From contig OZ365113.1 of NCBI GenBank assembly GCA_977030845.1, forward strand, positions 2,604,001 through 2,668,000: 64,000 nucleotides of DNA, written 5' to 3'. Each line of letters opens with the position of its first letter. Positions within the stretch are counted from its first letter, which is position 1. This DNA is from Fimbriosthenelais zetlandica (Eukaryota). The notes under the pieces were generated by a model. It was not told the origin of the DNA and searched no databases. It saw only the letters and a program-made list of their open reading frames with translations. Of this stretch, positions 36,901 through 50,351 are shown piece after piece. A program made the translations under genes and the position numbers.

Positions 36901-39900
36901 AATAATCTCAAGTTCGGTTTGTATTCTATGGTTGCACAAGTCATTCTTGTCTCGCGGATCTTGTGTAGGTTCTACCATGCCCTTACACTGTTAAAAAGAT
37001 TGTTAATTCCATTGGTGATGTGCAGTGTACACATGCGAGTCGCCAGAAGACGAAGTCCTCTGCCCGACGATAAAACTATTAAAAGATGTATATTTTTGTA
37101 CATAAATGCATGAAACCTGAAAACGTTACTTTTGCTGTTCTTTGTTGACGTTTTTGATCTGTAGTTCTCTCTACTTATCGTAAGAGCTTTCTACTGAAAA
37201 CTCAAAAGAAAAAAAATGAAAAAAATCGAATAAAGCTAAAAACAAAAAGTAATTCCAGTTCGATTTATATTTACATATTACTTTAACATTTTATAATATT
37301 TTTATAATTAAAATGCACTATCTGCAGAATAATGCCCAGGGGTGCGCGAGGGTTTTGGGGGTTCTGCATTTCTGATAGTCACGAATCAAGTGGAAGGTGT
37401 GCCAAAAACAAGGGAAAATGATGAAATCCACAAATTCCTTAACACTTCAGAACAAACTCAAATCTGGGATGGGGATGCTCTGACCTTTCTCCGCAAATAT
37501 GACTAAATGCATGCAAGCGAGAATCGCTCATAGTATGGAGATAGTAATGAATTGACTCAAACTTTACTGAATGCTTCCTTACATGAGAAATCTGCGGTGA
37601 CTGGAGAATTTAGACCAAAAATCTGCTGAAGAATGGAATTTTATGCTTAAATATTAAAGAATATGACGTGCCTGGACGTCAGCATTTGATTCAACAATCT
37701 CCAAAAATTACTCATTATGAACTTTGGTTTGTACATCTCACGACACCTCGGTAGGCTATATTTGCCCCCCCCCCCCCGCTTCTTTTTAGAAAAGAAACTA
37801 TGAAATATTTAAGGACAGTCTCAAATTCATCTACTAAGCATCATCAATCGAAAAAAAGAAGGAAACAAAAATCTTCACCTAGATACATGTATATGTTTGA
37901 CAGAAGCAAATGGAAAATTTCCAATCTACTTCGTAAAGTTGCAGCCCCGATCTTAACAGTCATGTTAAGAAAAGAGGTGAAAAGAAAAACAGTATTTGAT
38001 AGGTGCTCTGTTTATAAAATGATGTATAAAGATCCCAATTTATATTAAAATTATACATACTAACTGCTTTAAAAGAGGATCTTTAAAATTCATAACGAGT
38101 TTAATTCAGTAGCATTAAAAAGAGGTGGTCAGCCGTGACCTTGACCTTCATGGGATAATTTTGAACACACAGAAAACAGCAACATTTGGGACAGATATAA
38201 ATTGAACATATCTCAACGTGGGAGTTTGTAATGTAATTAACAACATTCTTAGAGTAGGCTGGGATGGGAAGCATTATTAAGTTGGCAAGTCATGATGACA
38301 AGGACTGGGGAAGACGATGTGTGGAGGCCGCGGTGTTGGGGTCCAGATAAAAACTTTACATCCATACACATAACAGAAGAATGAAATGGAAGAGGATGAA
38401 GGGCATGGAAGGCGAGAGGGGATTGGGGGCGACAGAAGGAAGGAAGTATGGAAGGAATAGGACCTAGCTTGAGGAACAGAAAGACGGAAGCAAAGAAAGA
38501 AGGACTTGAAACATTACTAAAGAAATTGAAAAAGAATGACAGAAAAAATCAAAGCACAAGGAAAGAAATAAAGTAGACCTAGGGAAGAAACTATGAAGAT
38601 AAGGATAGAAAATAAATGAAGGAACTAAGAAATAAATATATCTGTCCTTGAAGAAACTCCTCGGAACTTTAATTCAGAACTGTACCACCAAATGCTGAAA
38701 CTCAAAATATAAACGATAACCACAAATTGTTATTAGAGAAAATTTTTAAAAATATTTAAACCACGAGTTCCTTAGTAATCCAAAAGGGAAGTAATTGAAA
38801 AGTTCCTTTTTCGCCAAAAGCACGTCAAGCCCGTCTCTACCTAATACCACTGTCACGCCCACGTCATTAAGAGCAATTTGTATTTACTAATTCCTGCACA
38901 ATGAACATTCCCTATTAGGCCTACTTCTCAAATACATTTCTCATGTTTATGTTAAATTCTACAATAATGACATTGAAAATCCTGTCCTCGGAATTTGGGA
39001 AAGTATAGTTTTGAGTGAAAATTTAATAAAATATCAATGATATAATATTTCATTGATTTATCTGATCTATATGAATAGTATGAATGCACGCCATGTCCGT
39101 GCATTCGTCAGAAGGGAGGGGGTGGCATATCCAGCATAGTGCATGTATGGCTATTGTAAAGATAGCTATGCTCCACTTCAGTTTTTAATATATTCAAGTC
39201 TCAAATTTGTGTTGGAGGGGAGGTTGGGTTGGAGGACGGGGAAGGGGTGGGGGTGGGGGTGGGGGTGGGTTAGGTGGAGGTGGAGGTGGAGGTGGAGGGG
39301 GAGGGGCGGTCGAGAGTAGGGGGATGAGGTGTGTGTATAGGGATATGAAGTGAAGGAGGGGGGCAGCCGGGATGAGGAGGGAGATTTTGGTCAAAAAGTG
39401 TAACTTCAAGGACATTCAATACGATACTAAGCAAGTCCGGTCGATGCGAAATAAGTGCGCTACCATATTATGTAGGCATATATTCGATAAATAAATTAAT
39501 AAATAATATAAATAAATAAATAAATAATAAAAATAAATGTCACTATTATAATTGCCAGCATCTGAAAACCTGTTTTGCATCCTCTCCGCTTTTCTCAAAC
39601 TTTGGTACATTTTTTCAAGGCCATGGGCAAAATTCATAATCTTCCAGGAATTGGCATTGACAGAAATTCCGAAATTCCTTGTAAGGAAATTAGAGGAATA
39701 ACCCTAGGTTCTCAAGAAAGTGGAAGTATTTTTTGTGTGGCATTAGGTCAAGGCTATAGATTGCCTGGAAGTAATATTCTAGTTTAAACCGGTTTAATAT
39801 AGCCCCATCATACCTTACAGACCACTCCTACATAGGGAAGCAAAGCGGAACAGATAGGCTGCTAAAAATTCATTACGATTTATCTAAAGCATTGTGGCAT

Positions 39901-40558
39901 AGGGAAGTGGGGGCAGGGAAGTAGGATGAGGGGGAGTTAGCTAACACAGGGATTTACCATTCATTGATCGGCAGTTCAATCCCAGAGCTGGCCAGGGCAT
40001 TTCCATCGCCCCCTCGCTTGGCTGTAGGCCTATATGACTAGACAGAAGATAATCATAACAAATGTATCTGAAATTATTATACAAAGTATATTTATTATCA
40101 CTTGATATTTTTGACAAAGGACAAAGCATTGTTATATAGACTAACACAGAAATATATTGAACATTCCCCAGTGATCAAATTTGAATATTCATTGCATATT
40201 TTTATATTATTAAATGGGAAAACATACATTTCTTTCTCAACAAATATTAAATGTTACCCATAAGTAACAACAAAGTCTTTTCCATTCAATTATAATTTCA
40301 GCAGCCCATATTTATAATATACTGAATTCACATATTTTATGGACAAACATTCCATGAAATGCATTTATTTTGTTTCTTTACAAAATTAGAAATTAAGAAT
40401 TGGTATTTGAGTATATTCTAATGATTGCCTCTAATCGTATAAGCTAATACATCTTCATGTAATTTATTAGTTTGTAGGGCGTCACCGTTTGGGAGAATTT
40501 TAACGGTAGTTAAATTGTGAATAAAAACGATAGATTTGAACTAGTGTCGTTAGAATGG

Positions 40559-43500
40559 TCATTGTTTGGTCTTTAGCGGTATAATGTATACACCATTCCT
40601 GGCCTCTTTTAGTCGCCACCATCGTCCGAGGCGGTGTTCCTGACCAACGCCCGCCACCAAGTACTCCCCCGAACTCGAGAACTTCAGACTGTTCACAAAT
40701 CCAGGCTGAAAAAAAAACACCAAAATATAAAATATAGTAACGTCCAGTAACCAATCAGGACGAGAAAGAAACACGCTGTTGGTGCATAATGGTCTGCTTT
40801 TCTTGTAAAGCAAATTTAATTTGTTTTGTACCGTAAATCTATATTTATTCAGTAGGTACAATCCTACACTCTTTGGTACAATACAGATGCTGAACTAAGA
40901 TGTAATTTGAAGATTTCACAGCAAAAGACAACCAACCGTAAAATACAAAAATATGATACGTAACAAAATATGTGAGCATACATGTGTGGACAGCATGGCT
41001 TACAAAGTTAGAAATAATAGTAGCAGTCAGCTCACTGGAAGCTGCCATGTCTGGACGTAGCCTACGTCGTAGACGTGCAGTGCTATACGTCCAAAATGGC
41101 GGATCATGGATTGTGACACCTGGGGCGTCTCATTAAAAACATCTCGTAGAGGCATAAATGCAGATTCTCAGACGTAAACAACATATAAATTAAGTAACCG
41201 GTATACATAAGTAAAGGAGGACAGGGCTCCTAATAGAAAATTAGAAAACCACATCATAAGTCATAGAAGGGTGTACCAAACAAAACGTTAGGTAGCCATC
41301 ATAAAGAATATGAGGAGAATCGGAGCGGAGAGTTTAGTGAGGGGAGGAGAGAATGGGGGTAGCGGGGGAGGGGGGGGGGGGGGGGGGGGGTGGGTGTTCC
41401 TACCATCTCTTACCATAAAGATTGCCTTTCATCCAATACACCTGTTTTTTCACCTGTTCTATACATCTGATCAGCCTAAAGTCATATAAGTTAACATGTA
41501 CAGATTGAAGGAGATATAGACAATGGTCTGCTCTTCTTGAACGGCTCTTTTACATGCATCTCACTACAGACAGTGGGAGACATGGCTGGCCTTTTACATG
41601 TCTCTCACTACAGACAGTGAGAGACATGGCTGGCCTTTTACATGTCTCTCACTACAGACAGTGAGAGACATGGCTGGCCTTTTACATGCCTCTCACCACA
41701 GACAGTGAGAGACATGGCTGGCCTTTTACATGCCTCTCACTACAGACAGTCAGATACATGGCTGGCCTTTGATATTGTTTGTTTAATATTGATAGCCCCA
41801 TTGATATCCCAGTTAGCAGCACTGGGCGGAGAAGGGCAATAGCAAAAATATCTTTCTTGAGCTATTCTCAAATTACAGGTCTGGGGGGCAGCAGGCACAG
41901 TAGCGACCAATAAGTCATATGGTGGAACTGTGATCAGCTAGCGAGTTCCCTCTGCAGGGCCTCACTTTTATAGTGGGATAACAATTTTATAATTCTAATA
42001 AAAATACACCATCAAATTCCTTGGATGTACGTACTTTGATTAGATTCTCTCTAGCGCCATTATGTATAGAGTTATATGACACTTTATGAGTCAAAGAGCG
42101 ACCATTTTGAAATGTAGCTATTACTTGGTTGATCTTTGTAACCCTTTTTCTATTTCAGTGCCCTATAATTGGCCCCAGAAAGTCGGCAATATAATGTACA
42201 AACATTCCCCTTGGGGGCTCCAGACAGCCATTTTCTTGGAGGATTTCCATTGTACGTGGCATGCACTGTCTCGGTAAAGGGGAACCAGTGCTGGTCTAGA
42301 TAAATGAGTAGAGAAATCGGTCTAGTGTATGCAGGGTGATGGGTGTATGGTGATAGTGGGCTATATGGTCAGTGGACTAAGACGAGAATGTGTACTATAA
42401 TGGTCATGGGGGAGTAAACATGGCTATATACAACCATAGACCTATATACCTGAGGTCGGGGCGGGCGTGGAGGGGGGAGGGGTGATCGAACATTGGCCTT
42501 GTACAAGCATAAAAATGTGATGTGTTTTCTCTAAATTCGAGTCCAAAATTACACAGTGTCATTCTGCGCTAAGGGCCTTTAAGCTATTTATTTCCCTCAG
42601 CATGTCTGCATTAGAAGCAAGTATGTACAATGCTTTGACTATTTTTTGTAAGTGAAATTGAGAAAAAGTCAACTTTGTGCGTTTTGTCTCTTCCCAGATA
42701 GAGGAAGACCAAGAATGTGTAATTTCCAGCATCCTTAGAATACCAACCCACCTCCGCTCAATGAGTCAGAAATTACAAAAGAATTCCTAACATTTCTTTA
42801 CCATTATCTTAATAATATAATTAACTACCAGGTAGATCTTTATATGATAGAAACAAATACCAGTATATTAACATTTACTGGAATTTTAGGATGTACAGTT
42901 AGAAAGACTTTTCATAACTGTTTCGCTTCATTTGAAAATTGAATATATTTGGTTGATTTCATTCAATAAACTGGGGAGTCACTAAGGAGTTAATAAAAGA
43001 TGTGGACAACTAAATGGTCAGAAATGGTCTGACTCACTAACATGACCGTTCTGCTGTGCAAGTAGTTCAAAGAGGTCGCATTAGTGAGAATCAAATGTAA
43101 AAAATCCCGCTAAAGTTTCAGCGAGCCCTCGCTGGACCAGCAGCGAGAGAAAAACATCCCTGTGTGAACTATGGAAACCTCTCACTGGCAACAACAGGTC
43201 TTTTACATGTAACAATACTACTTCAAGAAGTAAAATAGAAAAAACTTACTATAGGAATATTGAAGAGAGGAGAGAGCTCCCGACACCCCGACCCACACCG
43301 CCACAACCTCACTGATCCATCCTTAGATCCTGCTTCACAAAGAAACAACAAAAATTAACAAATAAATATCATAATTAAATAAATCTATTAGTGAACAACT
43401 GTGATTGATGAACGCGTTTAGAGATGCTATACTCTCTGATAGATGAACGTCTCCTTAAATAGTCAACACTTTTTCAGTCCCCAAAAATGTCATGATTTGT

Positions 43501-46500
43501 GTGAAAAACTGTACCCGTTTCAGTTGGGAACTGTAACTGTTCACAAGTTAATTACTCTGTACAACTATTTCATATCACTCTACTAGAATGTATTCAATCA
43601 AATTCAACTTTAATCATCCAAATTCAATTAATAAATCAAATAGAATCGCTCAAATTCAATCAATTAAATTTAATCAATACATTTTAATCGCTCAAATTCA
43701 AATTATCAATTTTAATCATCCAAATTCAATGAATAAATAGAATTTAATCCCTCACATTCAATCATTCAAACTAATTCTAAGAAAAAAATAAAAAAATAAA
43801 AAATAATTGTAAGAATGAGGCCTACCTGAAGCGACCAGGTCGGAGTAGTGGAGGGCGGCCACGGCGGTGATCCAGTTCTCGTGGTGCGGGTTGATTGGTG
43901 ATCCATCATCAAGGCGGTGCCCACCATGCACGTTATCTAGGTGGACCACTGGTTTCTTCTTCATCACACTCCACAGCGCTAACGAACTGAAATTAAAAAA
44001 AAAAAATTGACTTACCATTCAAAAGAGCATCAAGATTTATATAATTTTAATTAAAAGAAAATCCTCGCCATGAATAGCTTTAGCAGCTGGCGCCATTCAT
44101 TCATTCATTCATTCATTCATTCATTAAAAAAAAATATTAAAATGGGAAAAAATAAAATGCAACATATTGAAGTTATCATGCGAAACTCCCAGAGGGAGAA
44201 ATAGCTGAATTTGTTTAAATGGTGCTGATGCTAACTTTAGTTGCTCAAATGCACACAGGAGGGCGTGTAGGTAGTACTTTAACAGTAGTAGGGGTAGTTC
44301 CCAGAAAGCACACTAGAGGGCAGGTTGGTGCATGGACACATTTGAAAAGTAAAATTGTAATAATAAAAAGAAAACTTACTTATCATCGGTCCCCGAGATG
44401 AAATGGTCTTCATCTATCAAGGCTAAACAGTCTATAGATCCCCTGGAATAAATGGAAATATAGTAAGACGTCAATCAATGATTTAAAGAAAAGTTCAGAA
44501 TACTATGAGCCAATGAGAGACAACTTTGACATTTTGTCACTACAAAGCCTGTGCCCCTCTCCATAAAACATGGCATAAACCCCGGAGCCAATCCTTAAAC
44601 ACATTACATATTTTATATTCATCATCTTTGTACACGTTGGAGCATACACGGTTGGGTTTAAATGAGTCTCATGGAAAAGGACTTAATACATTGCGTCGTA
44701 AGTAACGACTGCATTTCCAGGACCTCTCCAGGACTTTTGCTACCATGAAAAAAATCAAGGAATTTCCCAGGACATTGCAGGATAACTTTTTTTCAAGGAT
44801 TTTCCAGGAGTTTTTGGATCCCTGTCTTGTGATAACTTACTTGCGTCCGTGGAACAGTAGCTGTGACTCCTCCACGACCTTCCATACACGTAAAGTACAA
44901 TCACGACCTCCTGACGTTAACGCACGGTCACGTGACAGGCTGTCTACTCCTGTAATCACATCCTGATGACCAAACCTACACAAAAAATACACAATTACTC
45001 ATCATCGACAGACGTGGGTTCGAACCCCCGCGCCGGCGGCATCTTTTTTTGAAAATATTTGTTCTCCATTTTTGGGGGGCTTCGTCCGTTTGTATTGCTA
45101 ACACATTTCCATAAGGAATGCCACTTAGACATAATTGAAAATACCCCAATTGTTTGATGCCTTACCTTCTCAAATCTTGTATGAATTAACTTTGTTATGT
45201 TAATAAATTCATACAACTTGTGTGCACTCTCACACAGGCAATGCCAAGCAAGAAATAAGCGCTCAAATGTCAGCTTTATGAAATGAGACTTATAAATAAC
45301 TTACAAATGTTTTATGAAATGAGAAAATATATGATGAACTTACAGTGTTTCTACATAAGCCATCTCTGAGAGGTTCCATATCTTGACAGTCCTGTCTTGT
45401 GAACAACTAAATAACTGATGGCTTCCTTTCCTGAACGCTAAACCCTGCAAAAATAAATAATTTTGTTTCCAAATATATTATTTTTTTTACAATCTGAATT
45501 CTCATGTTAAAGGGAGACCAAGGTAACATAATCGTCATAACAGATAACGAAGTGAACAGAACGAAGCGAACAATATTGAACTACATATAAACCGCACCTG
45601 ACTATAAACCGCACCTCCACCGCTCAGGTTAAAATCCATATATAAACTGCTGCTTTATCCATAATTAATCGCTTCGTTGTATTAACCGCATACGGCGATT
45701 TTTCGGAAAAAAATGTCGCGGCTTATACTCCGGCAAATACGGTAAAATAGTTTGATGATTTTCCAAAAAATATTATAGTATGGTAGTAATTAATATTAAA
45801 TATTAAACATATAGCAGCAGCCTTACCGTGACAGGCCCGCGGTGACCTGTGAAGGTATGAAGTCTCTCACACGACTCTGGGTTCCACACCATAATGTTCT
45901 TATTCTCATCACCAGACACCTGAAAATTAAAATTAAAAAAAAAAAAAATTTTCTTCAAATTTATAACACAACAGCCCAGATCAGCGGCTCGGTTGATGGA
46001 GGGATATTTAAGTCTACTCTTCTGGATTGGCAGGAATGGTTCTTTACATGCTTCTGATAACAGACAGTGGGAGACATGGCTGGCCTTTTACATGCCTCTC
46101 ACCACAGACAGTGGGAGACCTGGCTGGCCTTTTACATGCCTCTCCCCACAGACAGTGGGAGACATGGCTGGACTTTTACATGCCTCTCACCACAGACAGT
46201 GGGAGACATGGCTGGACTTTTACATGCCTCTAACCGCAGACAGTGGGAGACGTGGATGGCCTTTTACATGCCTCTCACCACAGACAGTGGGTGACGTGGA
46301 TGGCCTTTTACATGCCTCTCACCACAGACAGTGGGAGACATTGCTGGCCTTCGATACTCCTGTTACATGTATCACCACTGGGAGAAAGACAAGGGGAAAT
46401 TCTGGAGCTGCTTTCAGAATAGAACCATAACAATCCGTAAAAATGAATGAGTTAAAGTTTTAGAAAAATAAATAATTATTGATGACATACCAGGAACTGT

Positions 46501-48620
46501 CCGTCTGATGAGATGGCCAGACAGTTAACACGACTTGTATGTCCCACGTGACTCTCTTCTGTTCCCTTTCTACCGCCAGGGATCGTCTTCATCTTCTTCC
46601 TGGCTTTTAGGTCCCCTAATACAGGCAAAATAATACAGGTATAATGAATACAGGTTACATAATACAATTAACACAGGTAAATAACAGGTGGTTTATACAG
46701 GTAAAATAATACACAGGTAATTTATCCAGGTAAAAGTATACAGGTGTAATCTCTCCCTCCATTTTAAGTATTAATAAATAATAAGATTATTATACTTACA
46801 TTTGATAATGGAGCAGTCCTTAGCGCCACTATAGATGTATTTATCATCAGGTGAGATAACGACACAGGTAACAGGTAACTGATGGCCGCGCAGTAGACGT
46901 ACCTCCCCGCTGTCAGGCTCCACTACCTGATTTATTTACGAAGAAAATGTGTTTTACAGAAATAAATTACCCAGTGGCAGTATTATTCTCTGGATCTCAT
47001 GAAAAAACCAGCTAATCTTGAGATTTTCCAGTTCAGAATTTAAATCTACATCAGATTTTACATCAGAATCTTCATTTCAGATTTATTTTATTGCCTGTTA
47101 GGAACTTGTGGTTTTATAAAGTTTGGGAATCTTCAGTGCTTTAAATAATGTAACTTATAAATTACCTGATCTGCAAGATTCTTGTGAAGGCCACCTGAAC
47201 GCGCAAGCTGCAAAAGTAGGGAGAGATTGAGTGAGGTCAATGATGGGTCATTCTAATTACAAAGATTCATTTATAAGTTAGTTTTTGGTTATTTGTACAA
47301 GTGAAAAAGACTGTTGTACGTGTTGCTTACAGCTTCTTGTTTCAATCTGGTATTTATGGCATTTTCTACATCGGCCGAGTCCTCATTCTCCCGCTCTGAA
47401 AATAAAAGAAATTTTAAAAGTTTGTGATTTAAAGAATTGCAAATGATTAATGTCTTGGAAATAATCAGCGCTGCTCAAGAATTTATTAATCATTTTTGAT
47501 GGACCTAATATATAATCACCCGAGATATTTAGAAATAAATTATGGTGAGAAAGAAATTAGAAATTATATTCACTTAGAAAGTAACAATAATATTTAACCT
47601 ACCCTCAGTCTCTAGTTTAGTGAGGTATTCCTTCGCCAGGCGGAGCCGCTTCTCCTGCACTGTCTCCACATCCTCCTCTTCCTCCTCCTCTGACTCGTAA
47701 AATGAAGTTTTCTTATCATCTTCACTAAAAAAATAATACCAAATTATTTATCATTTATACAGAGAACTTTCAGATGGATTCATTGGAATATTTAATCACT
47801 AATTCTAGCAGGGATGATGTAGGATATTATTAAATACTGATACAAAATCCATTGAATAATTTATAACTGATAAACCCACTTCATTCGAGAATTAAAATAA
47901 TTTAGGAGACAAATAATTAAAAAAAAAATCCTCAAAAATTATTTAGAAACTTGAATCACATTAGGTGTGAAAAGCCCCTCCCCCCTTAAATTAAATTTTA
48001 AATAATTTTAAAATAGATAAAATTAAATTAACGCACCTGTCAATGTCGGACTCGCTCAGTATCTCCTCGTCTGACTTATGTCGGGCTGAGGATGACAATT
48101 TTTTCTTCTTCAATGCATTTTCTGATTTTTTACCTTCACGTAGCTTTTGCTCTGTCAACTGTAAAAAAGTAAAGAGTAAGATAAATTCCTTTTCCAACAA
48201 ATTCTATTTTATACTTTTCAAGACTTATGTCATGAATGGCAATCAAACCAGTAGGCCTAATGGCGAGACAAAAAAATAGTAGGCTATATAAATAATAAGA
48301 CGCCGAATTAATACGAAAATGGATATTTTCCCCACTCCAATATTTGACTTAACTGAGAGTAACAGGTTAGTTAAAATAAAGTTGGGGGTTAGGGCAGTGA
48401 GCTGGCGAGACGAGTGCCAAACCACATTGTAGTAAAATCCAATGGGCAAAACACTCAATTATCGCTCACGGTCCACATGTTCACATTCAAGACAGGTTTT
48501 TAACTATTAAACATAATATAATCACCTAAACACTTAATACATTGGAAGAGCCTAACATACCTTTCTTTTTGACACCCCTGGGCCTCTCCCTTTCGTCTTG
48601 TTTCTGATGAAAAACGACAT
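40559..48620 (-). CDS. RRP9: U3 snoRNP-associated WD40 protein RRP9 (U3-55K), complete, 480 aa
   Basis: 14 exons: 48620-48561, 48158-48037, 47724-47603, 47395-47331, 47207-47166, 46926-46800, 46615-46491, 45919-45827, 45444-45344, 44975-44841, 44442-44380, 43986-43826, 43329-43250, 40705-40559 (1443 nt, all GT-AG, in frame). Motifs ETVQEKRLRLAKEYL, LRGHQLPVTC, GLAFRKGSHQLFS, LFGHQD and GVGQEHRLGRWWR. Confidence 0.96.
41547..41770 (-). repeat. 44-bp minisatellite array (about 5 units), last RRP9 intron
   Basis: CATGGCTGGCCTTTTACATGCCTCTCACCACAGACAGTGGGAGA units on +, the reverse complement of the 8145 array. Confidence 0.92.
45005..45045 (+). mobile_element. Possible 5'-truncated tRNA-derived SINE head (Pol III B-box)
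   Basis: GTGGGTTCGAACCCC B-box-like motif at about 45014-45028. No A-box or cloverleaf is visible. Confidence 0.35.
45586..45742. mobile_element. Fragment (one end) of a Tc1/mariner-class non-autonomous element
   Basis: ATAAACCGCACCTGACTATAAACCGCACC and the terminus GGCTTATACTCCGGCAAATACGG-TA, homologous to the end of the 52483-53053 element. Confidence 0.7.
46043..46351 (-). repeat. 44-bp minisatellite array (about 7 units), RRP9 intron
   Basis: Same unit as 8145, 41547 and 55697. Both boundary sequences are shared with the 41547 array. Confidence 0.93.
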
Positions 48621-48770
48621 AATTTCTTGTCAACAAATCTCAGTTCTACCAACCCACATGGCCGACTACCACTGCGCACCTGCCCCGCGCAGGTATGACG
48701 TCATACCGTGACTTCCGGTTCATCAACAAGTGGCTACACCTTAACCAATTTACAGGCCAATTTAGGTGAG
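48621..48770. promoter_or_regulatory. Putative bidirectional promoter, RRP9 (-) / PAK (+)
   Basis: 16-bp palindrome GGTATGACGTCATACC (CRE core) at 48692-48707, ETS-type ACTTCCGG at 48711, TGCGCA at 48673, and a + strand donor TAG/GTGAGT at 48765. Confidence 0.55.
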
Positions 48771-49529
48771 TTTTTCACTACTTTTCTTCCAAGATCCTTA
48801 AAATCAAGTAGACAAGCCACTACCTTGTGTTCATTTGAATGTTTTGTGTTAATTTCGTATTGTTTTATGGGAGAATTCCTGAGAAAATGGTTGATGAATC
48901 GGAGGTTTGTCCTCGTTCATGGTCGGTGGTCCAAGTTCTTCCTTGTCGTGCTTGGCTGAGGATCGGTCGGGCTTGTGTTTCACTACATTCACTCCCTCCT
49001 CCAGCTCTAAAGGAAGCCTTAAGTCACGAAAAATCCCCAATAATAGCCAATTTTGATTCTATAAATGTTTCTAGAGACATTGAAGCTAAGTTTTAGTTTA
49101 CATGTGCTTTTCCTTCGCCAATACACAACTCACTGAGCCTGGGCCACACAAGTGCCAGTGGCAGTGGAACTAGGACAGAGCTAGGCTAAGAGGCAAATCA
49201 TGTTGGCCTAAAATTAAACCCCATATTTAGGCCTGCATTAAATGAACTATTGTATTATCCTTTTGTTAAACACCTTCCCTGGTCCCTTTGTGTGATGAAA
49301 AGGTTGAATTACTAACTCAATTAGCAGGCAGTTCATGGTCTCATATAGAAGATTTAATTAGCTCTGTTACACCATAGATAAAATACTATTATCTATGGTT
49401 ACACACAATTTGAGACTGAGAAAGTTTGAGGAAATAGGTCCCTTATTAATAGCTAGGTAGGGCTTACTAATACTAAATACTAAAGAGATTTTGAGACTGA
49501 GAGTGCAGTAGGGGCATTTCTTATACTCT

Positions 49530-50351
49530 CAGTGTTGGCAAGTTTTGCCCGCCTCCGGTTTAATCTCGGGTTAAACCCCTGGTTTAAACCGGGTGGGGAA
49601 AACCCCCCATTGGGCAAAACTGGGGAAAACCGGGGAAAACTCAATTCTTAATTGCACTTTTTTTGGCCTTTCTAACTACATTCAGCATCAGATAACTCCA
49701 TATATAATATGGCATAAGACTGCTACTAAAAGGTAATAAGTGTGGACAGAATCCAACCCCTCCCCGGGGTTGGGTGGGGGGAGGGGTGGGGACCGGGCTC
49801 TCCCCCGGAAAGTGGACGGGATGTGCCTTGAAACTTCAAGTGCCCGAATGTTGGCCCAAGAAGGAGAGGGATTGTATGTGGGAGGGGGTACAAGCTATAT
49901 CTCGTGTCTCCTATTGTTCTCCGTTCCCCACCCCTCTTGAACACCCACCTATTAAGCAAGCTACTAGCTAGTGAACCAACTAGACCCAACTCAAGGCTAG
50001 ACATAATGTCCCACCTCCTTTGATAATTAATTTCTGACCCACGACGTTCAAACCGTCTGCTTCCAAATGGTTAAGATGCAATCAAATGCACAAAATGGAT
50101 CTACACAAACATAATTATTTCGCATGTAGAGGTTTATAGCACTAAATGGTTATTATTAATAATCATGTGGTTGTTTTGCTCACGGAGATGTGCCACATGT
50201 ACGGACTCACTACTACTGAGACCTATATTGCCCAGTTGTACCCAGGTAAAACACAGTAAAACACAGTAAAACCCGGTTTTACCTGGTTAAACCCGGGTTT
50301 TGCCCACTGGGCTGTGCTAAACCAATAAAACCCGGGCTTTTGCCAACACTG
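49530..50351. mobile_element. Non-autonomous hAT-type element (822 bp) with intact TIRs and an 8-bp TSD
   Basis: 12-bp perfect TIR CAGTGTTGGCAA...TTGCCAACACTG. Identical 8-bp flanks TATACTCT at 49522-49529 and 50352-50359. Subterminal AAACCCGG/GGTTTAAACC repeats at both ends. Confidence 0.93.

Noticed and set aside
44490-44630. Possible box C/D snoRNA in an RRP9 intron (minus-strand ATGATGA ... CTGA, short AAAG/CTTT stem)
   Set aside because: About 130 nt and AT-rich, and I could not recognise any rRNA-complementary guide. It would need snoscan or small-RNA data.
45993-46430. Overlapping ORFs with WETWLAFYMPLTTDSGRHG repeats (also 8111-8538, 41642-41842, 55655-56008)
   Set aside because: Translations of the 44-bp minisatellite; no independent gene structure.
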